A stretch of 64,000 nt of DNA from an uncultured bacterium (GTDB lineage: Bacteria > Cyanobacteriota > Vampirovibrionia > Gastranaerophilales > Gastranaerophilaceae): positions 6,320-70,319 of the forward strand of contig CACYVN010000005.1 of assembly GCA_902777855.1 (NCBI GenBank). The letters are read 5' to 3'. The position numbers were made by a program, and so were the translations under genes. The notes beneath the pieces were generated by a model, which was not told the origin of the DNA, did not search any database, and saw only the letters and a program-made list of their open reading frames with translations. This document shows positions 56,489 to 64,000 of the stretch, piece by piece. Numbering within the stretch: the stretch's first letter is position 1; every line of letters begins with the position of its first letter.

Positions 56489-58017
56489 TATTTTGCTATT
56501 TCTGTCGCTCTGAACTCTCTTACAACAGTTACTCTTATCTGTCCCGGATAATCAAGTTCGTCCTCAATACGTTTTGCAACATCTCTTGCAAGTTTGCCTG
56601 ATGCCAAATCGTCAAACATCTCAGCCTGAACAATAATTCTGACTTCACGACCTGCCTGTACCGCAAAGGATTGTTTAATACCCTCGTAGCTGTTTACAAT
56701 TTCTTCAATCTTTTGCAGACGTTTGATATAAATTTCCAAAGTATCACGTCTTGCACCGGGTCTGCCTGCAGAAATTGCATCGGCAACTTTTACTAAAACT
56801 GCCTCAATTGTATTTGCAACAACATCATCATGATGCGCTTCAATAGCATGAACTACTTCAGGTTTTTCACCATATCTGTTTGCAATTTCTACACCAAGCT
56901 GAATGTGAGTACCTTCCTGAGTTTGGTCAACGGCTTTACCTATATCGTGTAATAATCCGGCACGTTTTGCAATTTTCTCGTTTGCACCAAGTTCTGCCGC
57001 TAACATTCCGGCAATGTGACCAACTTCAAGTGAGTGTTTTAATACATTCTGACCATAACTTGTTCTGTAATATAATCTTCCGAGTGTTTTAATCAGTTCT
57101 TTATTTAAGCCCATAACACCCATTTCAAGAGCTGCGTTTTCACCCTCTGTCCAAATCTTTTTATCAATTTCTTCCTGAGCTTTTGCAACCATTTCTTCAA
57201 TTCTTACAGGGTGAATACGACCGTCAACAATAAGTTTTTCCAAAGCAAGTTTTGCTATCTCACGTCTGACCGGGTCAAAACTTGATAATACAACAGCTTC
57301 CGGAGTATCATCAATGATTAAATCGACACCTGTTAATGTTTCCAAAGCTCTGATATTTCTGCCTTCACGACCGATTATACGACCTTTCATTTCGTCATTA
57401 GGCAAAGCAACAACAGAAACAGTGGTCTCTACAACCTGCTCTATCATGCACCTTTGCATAGTTGTAGAAAGAATTTCCTGCGCTTTTTCCAATGAAGTTT
57501 CTTTAATTTTTGCTTCATTTTCTCTTATAAGTTGCATTTGTTCCTGAGCCAAGTCATTTTTTAACTGTTCAAGCAAAGTATTTTTTGCTTCTTCGCAAGA
57601 CATGCCTGAAATCCGCTCCAATTCTTCCGTTTGTTTTTGCACAAGTTCTGCAAGATAATCTTCTTTTTCTAAAAGCTCATCTTTTTTACGTTGAACCTCT
57701 GCTTCTTTGTCAGTGTATTCCTGAATTTTTTCTTCAAGTACATCTTCTCTTTTGGCTAATTTTTGTTCCTGTCTTGAAAGCTCCTGACGTCTTTCTCTTT
57801 CTTCTTCATTTAAGGCTTCTCTGTCATTTTGTAATTCTTCAAGCGCTTTAATTTTTGCTTCTTTTTGAAGAATTTTTTCTCTTTCATCCAGTGCATTTTT
57901 GTCCTTTTCTATGGACATCAAAGCAGCACTAACTTTGTTTTTTTGAATAATCAGCATTACAACTAAGACTATTACCGCAATAGCTGCAATAACCAATAGC
58001 AAGGTTTTTGCTTCCAT
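56488..58017 (-). CDS. rny: Ribonuclease Y
   Basis: N-terminal TM helix, E/K-rich coiled coil, KH domain ([13 protein letters not shown]), HD domain (LLHDIGKA). Confidence 0.95.
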   Translation of the reverse strand: MEAKTLLLVIAAIAVIVLVVMLIIQKNKVSAALMSIEKDKNALDEREKILQKEAKIKALEELQNDREALNEEERERRQELSRQEQKLAKREDVLEEKIQEYTDKEAEVQRKKDELLEKEDYLAELVQKQTEELERISGMSCEEAKNTLLEQLKNDLAQEQMQLIRENEAKIKETSLEKAQEILSTTMQRCMIEQVVETTVSVVALPNDEMKGRIIGREGRNIRALETLTGVDLIIDDTPEAVVLSSFDPVRREIAKLALEKLIVDGRIHPVRIEEMVAKAQEEIDKKIWTEGENAALEMGVMGLNKELIKTLGRLYYRTSYGQNVLKHSLEVGHIAGMLAAELGANEKIAKRAGLLHDIGKAVDQTQEGTHIQLGVEIANRYGEKPEVVHAIEAHHDDVVANTIEAVLVKVADAISAGRPGARRDTLEIYIKRLQKIEEIVNSYEGIKQSFAVQAGREVRIIVQAEMFDDLASGKLARDVAKRIEDELDYPGQIRVTVVREFRATEIAK

Positions 58018-58214
58018 AAAGTTAATACCTTTTCCTTTTCTATTTTTTTATAATACATGCAATCAGGTGTACATATAACCTACACCCACATTTATTCAAT
58101 TTTAGCTTTAATAAAATTATTGCATATATTTCCTAAAAAAATTTATATACTACATCTGACAAAATCATATCATATTTTTTATTTTTTGTATAGTATTTTT
58201 TAATTAAAAAATCA

Positions 58215-58246
58215 CAAAAAAGGTGCGAAAATATCGCACCTTTTTT
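58215..58246. terminator. Intrinsic terminator after the 58264-59733 pilin-like gene
   Basis: ggtgcga-aaata-tcgcacc flanked by an A-run and a T-run. Confidence 0.75.
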
Positions 58247-58263
58247 GAATTTTTATAATCGTA

Positions 58264-59733
58264 TTATTTATGACCTATGAATACGAATTCATCATCATAG
58301 ACATTACCGTCACTTCGTTCATAATATCCGTCATCATTCTTTTTATAAGTCATACTGTGACCTTTATAAGTACCGTCCCCGATATCACGGACAAACAGCC
58401 CGCTTCTATAATCAAACCAGTTACCTTTATAAATTTCACCAACAATATTCATATCTTTATCATAATAAGTATTATTATTTACATAACGTCCCTGCGAATC
58501 TTTTGTATAAATCTTACCGTCACTGCCCGAGTAGCTTCCGTCAGTATTTTCCTTTACGAAGAAACCGTTTTTATAATCATACCAATTGCCGTTCTTATTT
58601 TGTCCGAGAATGTTGAAGTTTGAATCCAAAACCGCACCGTCACTACGGTTATATCCGCCATCTGCATTTGGTGTATAAGTCATCCCGCCTTGGCCCTTAA
58701 AAATACCATTTCCTACATCTCGAACCAAAACGTCACCTTTATAATTGAACCAATTTCCATTATAATTTCTGCCTATGACATCCATATTTTCATCATAAAC
58801 ATACCCGTCCGGGCCGGCATAATTTCCGTCAGAATTTTTGGTATAAGTATTGCCTGAAGCATCTACATAATTACCGTCAGAATCTTTTCTTAAATAAGCA
58901 TTAACCCCATCACTATACTCGTAATCATTACCTTTAAATGTTACCTTTTTAGGCGGAGTAGTTTCATCTTCCGCATTTTGTCCCAAAGATTGATTTTCTT
59001 TTCCGTTCCCGCCTAAGAATGCAGAAAGCGCCGCATTTGTAGCCGGATGGACATGACCATCATGAAATACGATTGGAAATATATCGCCCATTGAACCATT
59101 CGTAACCTTACATGTTGTATTGGCAGAAATTGCTGTCGTACCATCCTCACACGAAATCTCATTATTTGGCGGAGTCGGCCCGTTAACATCAATAAATCCC
59201 AAACAATTTTGCAACGGACCGTTTGTTATATCACTTGTTGTCATTACATTTCCTACACCAATACCGCATTTTGTTGCATTGGGATTAAACGCAACAAAAG
59301 AGCCGTCAGATAACGAAAAGAATAAAAAATCATCAATAGGAAAACTCCTCACAGTCGCCGTGTATGAAGTTTTACCATTAGCACCTTTTACATTACCATA
59401 TTTCCCTGCGTAAGTTTGAGCGGAAAGAGTATTATTTAATAATCCGCACATAGTATATTTGTTATCAGCAATAGTATCACTTGCACAAGTAGAATCTTCA
59501 CTTACCGAAGTTAAGAGAGAATAATCCATATCATATTGCGCGTGAGCACTTATTGCTGCCTGATCCAATGTAGAAACTGACTTTTTAAACTGAGTTACAA
59601 ACTTTCTCGAATTTGAATTTTGAATTAACGTGGGTATAGTCAGGGCAGCAACTACACCTATAATACCTAAAGTAATTAAAACTTCTGCCAAAGTAAATGC
59701 TTTTCTCTTAAAATCTTTCATGTTCATCACCAT
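58264..59733 (-). CDS. Prepilin-type N-terminal domain protein with C-terminal tandem repeats of about 56 aa
   Basis: ..KRKA|FTLAEVLITLGIIGVVAALTIPTL. The C-terminal 200 aa hold about 3.2 repeats of (Y)YDxxMN(I/V)(I/V)Gxx(Y/K)NGNW(F/Y)(D/N)Y(K/R)xGxFV(R/K)(D/E)xxDG(S/T)Y.G...TY(T/K)K..DG.Y.RSDG. Confidence 0.8.
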   Translation of the reverse strand: MVMNMKDFKRKAFTLAEVLITLGIIGVVAALTIPTLIQNSNSRKFVTQFKKSVSTLDQAAISAHAQYDMDYSLLTSVSEDSTCASDTIADNKYTMCGLLNNTLSAQTYAGKYGNVKGANGKTSYTATVRSFPIDDFLFFSLSDGSFVAFNPNATKCGIGVGNVMTTSDITNGPLQNCLGFIDVNGPTPPNNEISCEDGTTAISANTTCKVTNGSMGDIFPIVFHDGHVHPATNAALSAFLGGNGKENQSLGQNAEDETTPPKKVTFKGNDYEYSDGVNAYLRKDSDGNYVDASGNTYTKNSDGNYAGPDGYVYDENMDVIGRNYNGNWFNYKGDVLVRDVGNGIFKGQGGMTYTPNADGGYNRSDGAVLDSNFNILGQNKNGNWYDYKNGFFVKENTDGSYSGSDGKIYTKDSQGRYVNNNTYYDKDMNIVGEIYKGNWFDYRSGLFVRDIGDGTYKGHSMTYKKNDDGYYERSDGNVYDDEFVFIGHK

Positions 59734-59802
59734 ATAAATTAAGAATATTCTACAACTTTATATCACAATTGTAAAGCTACTATTTTAATAAATATAACTA
59801 TT

Positions 59803-60900
59803 TTATAGAGCAAATCTAAAATGTGCCAAATCTCCGTCCTGCATAATATAATCCTTACCTTCAAGGCGGGTAACACCTTTTTCTTTGCAGGCATTATAAG
59901 AACCGAGTTCTATAAAATCTTTACACGGTGTAATTTCCGCTCTGATAAAACCTTTTTCAAAATCAGTATGAATAACACCGGCTGCCTGAGGGGCTTTTGT
60001 ACCGGCAGTAATTGTCCAAGCCCGAACTTCTTTTTCTCCTGCCGTTATAAATGTTCTTAATTTCAAAAGCGAATAAACAGATTTAATCATTCTGTTAATA
60101 CCACTATCTTCAATACCCAAATCGTTAAGGTATTCTTTTGCTTCATCCGCTCCGAGTTCAGCAAGTTCTTCTTCAATTTTGGCAGAAATTATAACCATTT
60201 CTGCGCCGTGTTCATCAGCGTATTTTTGAACTTTCTTTGTATAATCGTTTCCGTCTTTCAAATCGAATTCCGATACGTTCGCACAGTATATAACAGGCTT
60301 AACAGACATCAGATTAAGCATTTTTACAAACGGAATTTCATCTTCATCAAAATGTTCTTTGATATTTATAAAGGTACAATCCTGTAAGAGTGTCATAAGT
60401 TTTTCAAGAACTTTATTTTCCAAAACGGCATCTTTATCATTGCCTTTTGCTGCTTTTGAAATTCGTTGCTGACGGCGTTCGACAGATGCCATATCGGCAA
60501 GTGCAAGCTCAGTATTAATCGTTTCAATATCGCTTATCGGGTCAACTTTGCCTTCAACGTGAATGGTATTCACATCATCAAAACATCTTACAACCTGAAT
60601 AATCGCATCCACTTCTCTGATATTTTGCAAAAATTGATTGCCTAAACCTTCACCTTTGCTTGCCCCTTTGACAAGTCCTGCAATATCAACAAACTCAATC
60701 GCAGTCGGGATAATATTTTCAGTTTTGCACAATTTTGCAAGAATCGGCAGTCTTTCATCAGGGACCTCAACAACTCCGATATTGGGTTCTATGGTGCAAA
60801 ACGGATAATTCGCACTCTGCGCATTTCTTGTACTTGTTAAAGCGTTAAATAAAGTTGATTTCCCGACATTTGGTAATCCTACTATCCCTGTTCTGAGCAT
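59803..60900 (-). CDS. ychF: Ribosome-binding ATPase YchF
   Basis: [21 protein letters not shown]-like C-terminus. 365 aa. Confidence 0.95.
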   Translation of the reverse strand: MLRTGIVGLPNVGKSTLFNALTSTRNAQSANYPFCTIEPNIGVVEVPDERLPILAKLCKTENIIPTAIEFVDIAGLVKGASKGEGLGNQFLQNIREVDAIIQVVRCFDDVNTIHVEGKVDPISDIETINTELALADMASVERRQQRISKAAKGNDKDAVLENKVLEKLMTLLQDCTFINIKEHFDEDEIPFVKMLNLMSVKPVIYCANVSEFDLKDGNDYTKKVQKYADEHGAEMVIISAKIEEELAELGADEAKEYLNDLGIEDSGINRMIKSVYSLLKLRTFITAGEKEVRAWTITAGTKAPQAAGVIHTDFEKGFIRAEITPCKDFIELGSYNACKEKGVTRLEGKDYIMQDGDLAHFRFAL

Positions 60901-61057
60901 TTATTTGTCCTTTCATCAATAAATATCTTTAATAATCTTACCCCAAACCAACTTTATTTGCACGAAAATTGTATGAATTTTTATTAAGAAGCGCAATTTT
61001 TGAGAAGAAAAATACTTTATAAATATAAGGGGAATTAATTAAAGTTTTTGGATAAAA

Positions 61058-61294
61058 ATGCCGTGTTATAAAATATACGGAAAAAGGTACAAAATGGCAG
61101 CAAATCAGAAATTTATCAGATACGAAGAAGATATACGACTCGAAATCTACGGGACAAATTGCATAAAAGCAGAAAACCTCTTTGACGATATACGAAAAGA
61201 AATAAAATCAGAATCTCAAATGATGGCAGGCTTTATAACCGTCAAAGAATATTCAAAAGATTTAAGAAACAAACAAAAAAAATACAGGGCTTAG
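61058..61294 (+). CDS. Hypothetical small protein
   Basis: 78-aa ORF. The start is possibly the second Met (MAANQKF). A terminator overlaps the stop. Confidence 0.4.
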   Translation: MPCYKIYGKRYKMAANQKFIRYEEDIRLEIYGTNCIKAENLFDDIRKEIKSESQMMAGFITVKEYSKDLRNKQKKYRA

Positions 61295-61316
61295 TTTTTC
61301 AAACTGAGCCTTTTTC
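61288..61316. terminator. Bidirectional intrinsic terminator
   Basis: ggcttagttt-ttc-aaactgagcc (one G-U pair) followed by a T-run. Convergent with the exbD operon end. Confidence 0.65.
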
Positions 61317-61325
61317 GATTAATAA

Positions 61326-61709
61326 TTAACTTCTGTCAACAGAAATTGCTTTAACACCGGCATAACGGGCTTTGTCCATAAGAGTGACAACCGCACCGTG
61401 TTTTGCATCTTCATCTGTTTTTATAAGCAAACCGTCAGGGTAATTTTTTATTTCGTTTGCCAAAGTAGAGCCCAACATATCTGTTGCAATTTCTTCGTTA
61501 TTAATAAAATATTTCCCTGCACTTGAAACATAAACCGTCAAAATTTGCGGATCTTTATCAATTTGCTGTTCTTCAACATTTTCAGGAACAGTCAGGCTTA
61601 TACCCTGCTGATCTAACAACGGTGCTACTACCATCATGATTATCAAAAGAACCAAAAATATATCTGTTAACGGAGTAATATTGATTTCGTTAAATGTTTT
61701 TCTTGCCAT
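61326..61709 (-). CDS. exbD: ExbD/TolR-family biopolymer transport protein
   Basis: EINITPLTDIFLVLLIIMMV TM signature. 127 aa. Confidence 0.88.
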   Translation of the reverse strand: MARKTFNEINITPLTDIFLVLLIIMMVVAPLLDQQGISLTVPENVEEQQIDKDPQILTVYVSSAGKYFINNEEIATDMLGSTLANEIKNYPDGLLIKTDEDAKHGAVVTLMDKARYAGVKAISVDRS

Positions 61710-62197
61710 TATTCTTCCTCCGTTGGAATACTAACCGAATTTTTCTGCTGCTGTGCAGCATTTTCTTTCAAAACTTTTTGTTCTTTTTTATTTAAAGGCT
61801 CGCCTGCAACAATGAGTTTTTTATATTCGGCATTTTGTGCAGCATCCATAATATCAAGAACTTTTGAACTTGATACATTTTTATCTGCTTTGACAACAAT
61901 TTCCTGCTTTTCATCGTCAGGATTTTTTACCGCTATCAGTGCATCTGTAAGTTTTGAAGCCTCTGTCGGAGTACCGTTAATATAGATTAAGCCGTCTGCA
62001 GTAACAGAAACCGCAACCTTTGATTCTTCAATATTTACACCGTTATTTATTTCCGGAATATCAACAGGAGTATCATTCGATTGCAACACAGGTGCAACCA
62101 CCATCATAATGATTAACAATACCAGAAAAATATCCGTTAACGGAGTGATATTTATTTCAGAAAATATTTTACCTTGTCTTTCACTGCCAAATGCCAT
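61709..62197 (-). CDS. exbD: ExbD/TolR-family biopolymer transport protein (second copy)
   Basis: EINITPLTDIFLVLLIIMMV is identical to the downstream paralog's TM segment. 162 aa. Confidence 0.88.
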   Translation of the reverse strand: MAFGSERQGKIFSEINITPLTDIFLVLLIIMMVVAPVLQSNDTPVDIPEINNGVNIEESKVAVSVTADGLIYINGTPTEASKLTDALIAVKNPDDEKQEIVVKADKNVSSSKVLDIMDAAQNAEYKKLIVAGEPLNKKEQKVLKENAAQQQKNSVSIPTEEE

Positions 62198-62209
62198 GTG
62201 TATCCCTGC

Positions 62210-62869
62210 CTATAAATTAACCTTTGGTGACGGAGTATAACTTGACTGAGATTGTCCTTCAGAATCAACATAATTTAAGAACAACAATTTAATCAAATTA
62301 AAATCGTTCTCAAAATGTTTTACAACTGACTGGAAAAGGTTGAAGAAAATAACTGCAACAATAGCAACACCTAAACCAAAAGCAGTAGCAATCAACGCTG
62401 AGCCGATACCATACATAACATCCGCTGCCTGAGCCGCATGTCCTGCTGCAGCCATATCTTTGAATGTCAAAAGAATACGTACAACGGTACCAAACAAACC
62501 TAAAAATGGAGCAACCCCGCCAATTGTACCCAAAATAGTTAAATTTGATTCTAATTTTCTTGTTGCAAGAGTTGCAGAAATATCAAAAGCTCTTGAAAAT
62601 CCTTTTTTCTGCTCATTGAAAATTCTTACAGCTTCTTCAATGACTTCACCTACAACCCCTCCGCATCTGATAGCAGTATCCTGAGCTGCTCTGAGATCAT
62701 TAGTTTCAAGTTCTCTGTTGAGTTCACGCATATAAACTGCGATATCTCTCTTGTTTTTCTTGAAATAAGACCATTTGTTGATAACAACACCCAACACAAG
62801 TATTGAACAGATTAAAATCGGTAACAATACCGGCCAGTCCATTTTAATTGATTCGATTAATAATTCCAT
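62210..62869 (-). CDS. MotA/TolQ/ExbB-family proton channel protein
   Basis: Three TM helices. ..LGTIGGVAPFLGLFGTV.. signature. Confidence 0.88.
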   Translation of the reverse strand: MELLIESIKMDWPVLLPILICSILVLGVVINKWSYFKKNKRDIAVYMRELNRELETNDLRAAQDTAIRCGGVVGEVIEEAVRIFNEQKKGFSRAFDISATLATRKLESNLTILGTIGGVAPFLGLFGTVVRILLTFKDMAAAGHAAQAADVMYGIGSALIATAFGLGVAIVAVIFFNLFQSVVKHFENDFNLIKLLFLNYVDSEGQSQSSYTPSPKVNL

Positions 62870-62936
62870 AATTTTATCCTCATTTTTGTATTACTCATAT
62901 ATTATCATTCTGAACTTAATTCAGAATCTGTTATTT

Positions 62937-64000
62937 TTAATATTTTGTTGCTCCGAATACGTTATAATCAAACGTAAACTGAATATCTATGCTTGAACCT
63001 TTAAATTCAGGAGGAAGCGGTCTGAAAGGTGCTGCAAGTTTAACAGCATTCAAAGCAGCCGCATCGGCATTTTGTAATCCTGAAGACTTAAACACACTGC
63101 AAGACAAAAGTCTTCCGTCTTTAGCAATCTTGAATAACAGAACTACACGCTTACTTTCGTTACCTTTTGGCGGATCCCAGTTCATTTTAATTCTGCGCTG
63201 TAATTCTCTCATATACGGACCGAAATCAGGTTCTTTAATAGCATCGATACCGGGGCGTCCTCCGCCTCCTCCCGGATTACCTCCGCCGGAGCCTGTACTG
63301 CCGCCACTACCCGTACCTCGTCCGGTACCAGTTCCGGTTCCTGTTCCTCTTGAAGTTGAAGACCCTGAACCGTTACCGATGGGCGCAAGTGACGGATTTG
63401 GAGAATAATTACCTGAACCTCTTGATCCGCCTTTATCTGATGAGCCTGAACCGCTTATAGGACCTGTTGCATATTGTCCGGCAGTAGTTCCTCCGGATGG
63501 TACTGGAACTTTAAACGGTGAATTTGTCGGTTTTTGAACCGTTTTTGGAGTCGTCGGCGGTTTTAGCGATGGTCTTGCCGTAGGCGGTTGCGGTTTTGCA
63601 AGTTCCGGTTTAGGAATTGCAGGTGTCGGCACCGGCGACGGAGTAACATTCTTTTGGGTTGTCGTCGGCGCAGACTGTGGTTTTGTTATACTTTGTTTTA
63701 CCCTATCCATAAGAGATTTATTTTGTTGTTTTGGAGTTGGAGTTTTGGGAGCTCCTCCGCCTGCCGGCTTTGCTGAAGGTCTTGCCTGTGAAGACGGCAT
63801 CGAAACAGGCAGTTTAGGATTATTAATTCCGCCGGAACGTGAATTTTTATCTGCTCTGTTTTTTGTATTCAAATCTCGAGGAATATCTTCTTTATCAACC
63901 AAAACGAATTCTATATCCGTATTTTGTTTTGGTTTCGGTTTATCAAAAATAGACAAGTTAATACCTAACAATGCACAAATAAGTAGGACAAGCCAAATAA
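62937..64000 (-). CDS. TonB/TolA-family energy transducer, N-terminus cut by window edge
   Basis: The reading frame stays open to position 64000 (..IWLVLLICALLGINLSIF.. is the TM anchor). The ORF-track start at 63971 is an internal TTG. Pro-rich spacer, G/S/T-rich tract, C-terminal TonB_C-like domain (..VVLLFKIAKDGRLLSCSVFKSSGLQNADAAALNAVKLAAPFRPLP). Confidence 0.8.
   Translation of the reverse strand, partial: IWLVLLICALLGINLSIFDKPKPKQNTDIEFVLVDKEDIPRDLNTKNRADKNSRSGGINNPKLPVSMPSSQARPSAKPAGGGAPKTPTPKQQNKSLMDRVKQSITKPQSAPTTTQKNVTPSPVPTPAIPKPELAKPQPPTARPSLKPPTTPKTVQKPTNSPFKVPVPSGGTTAGQYATGPISGSGSSDKGGSRGSGNYSPNPSLAPIGNGSGSSTSRGTGTGTGTGRGTGSGGSTGSGGGNPGGGGGRPGIDAIKEPDFGPYMRELQRRIKMNWDPPKGNESKRVVLLFKIAKDGRLLSCSVFKSSGLQNADAAALNAVKLAAPFRPLPPEFKGSSIDIQFTFDYNVFGATKY

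Noticed and set aside
55670-58017. An rny-ymdB operon (a Bacillus-type arrangement) in a diderm as a possible oddity.
   Set aside because: RNase Y with YmdB is known in several diderm lineages (e.g. spirochaetes, epsilonproteobacteria, Thermotogae), so it is not unusual by itself.
62989-63408. 139-aa plus-strand Pro-rich ORF, with similar antisense ORFs at 48290-48565 and 12048-12407.
   Set aside because: They are the mirror-image frames of low-complexity (G/S/T/P or A/G-rich) or otherwise well-supported genes on the opposite strand.
1-64000. Scanned for CRISPR arrays, rRNA genes, IS elements/transposases, retron/DGR reverse transcriptases and toxin-antitoxin pairs.
   Set aside because: I found no regularly spaced direct repeats, no rRNA-like sequence, and no transposase, integrase or reverse-transcriptase motifs in any listed ORF.

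Overview
This is a 64-kb, AT-rich (roughly one-third G+C by eye), densely coding chromosomal segment. The organism is a diderm bacterium: BamA, Skp, KdsC and a TonB-ExbB-ExbD cluster are all present. The gene content would fit a gut Melainabacteria/Vampirovibrionia-like or similar low-GC lineage, but I cannot verify that without a database search. The supporting features are a VKOR-thioredoxin fusion, GlgC, several prepilin-type N-terminal proteins, and many N/K-rich lineage-specific hypothetical membrane proteins. About 60 protein genes are supported. Most are housekeeping: aspS, glgC, mnmG, kdsC, queD, uppP, tpiA, queH, pth, udp, bamA, rsmI, gap, gatB, rny, ymdB and ychF. There are two tRNA genes, Leu-UAA and Lys-UUU. 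I see no rRNA, CRISPR array, integrase, transposase or recognisable defence operon. The most unusual signal is non-coding. Both tRNA genes are followed by short GC-richer cassettes that end in an exact copy of the tRNA T-loop-to-3'-end segment plus an intrinsic terminator. There is one cassette at tRNA-Leu and three in tandem at tRNA-Lys. tRNA-Leu also has an upstream duplicated 5' fragment carrying a 41-nt insertion in its D-loop. A family of GC-rich palindromic mini-repeats is scattered through the window, and two copies sit in-frame inside rqcH. Other points of interest:
- an orphan soluble FlhA-C-like protein
- a translationally coupled four-gene operon of unknown membrane proteins plus a GH13 enzyme
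- a recurrent N-terminal F-x-G-(N) motif in otherwise unrelated hypothetical proteins
- a pilin-like protein with tandem repeats
- a 1106-aa EF-hand/LysM protein
All functional calls rest on motifs recognised by eye in the supplied translations. No searches were run.
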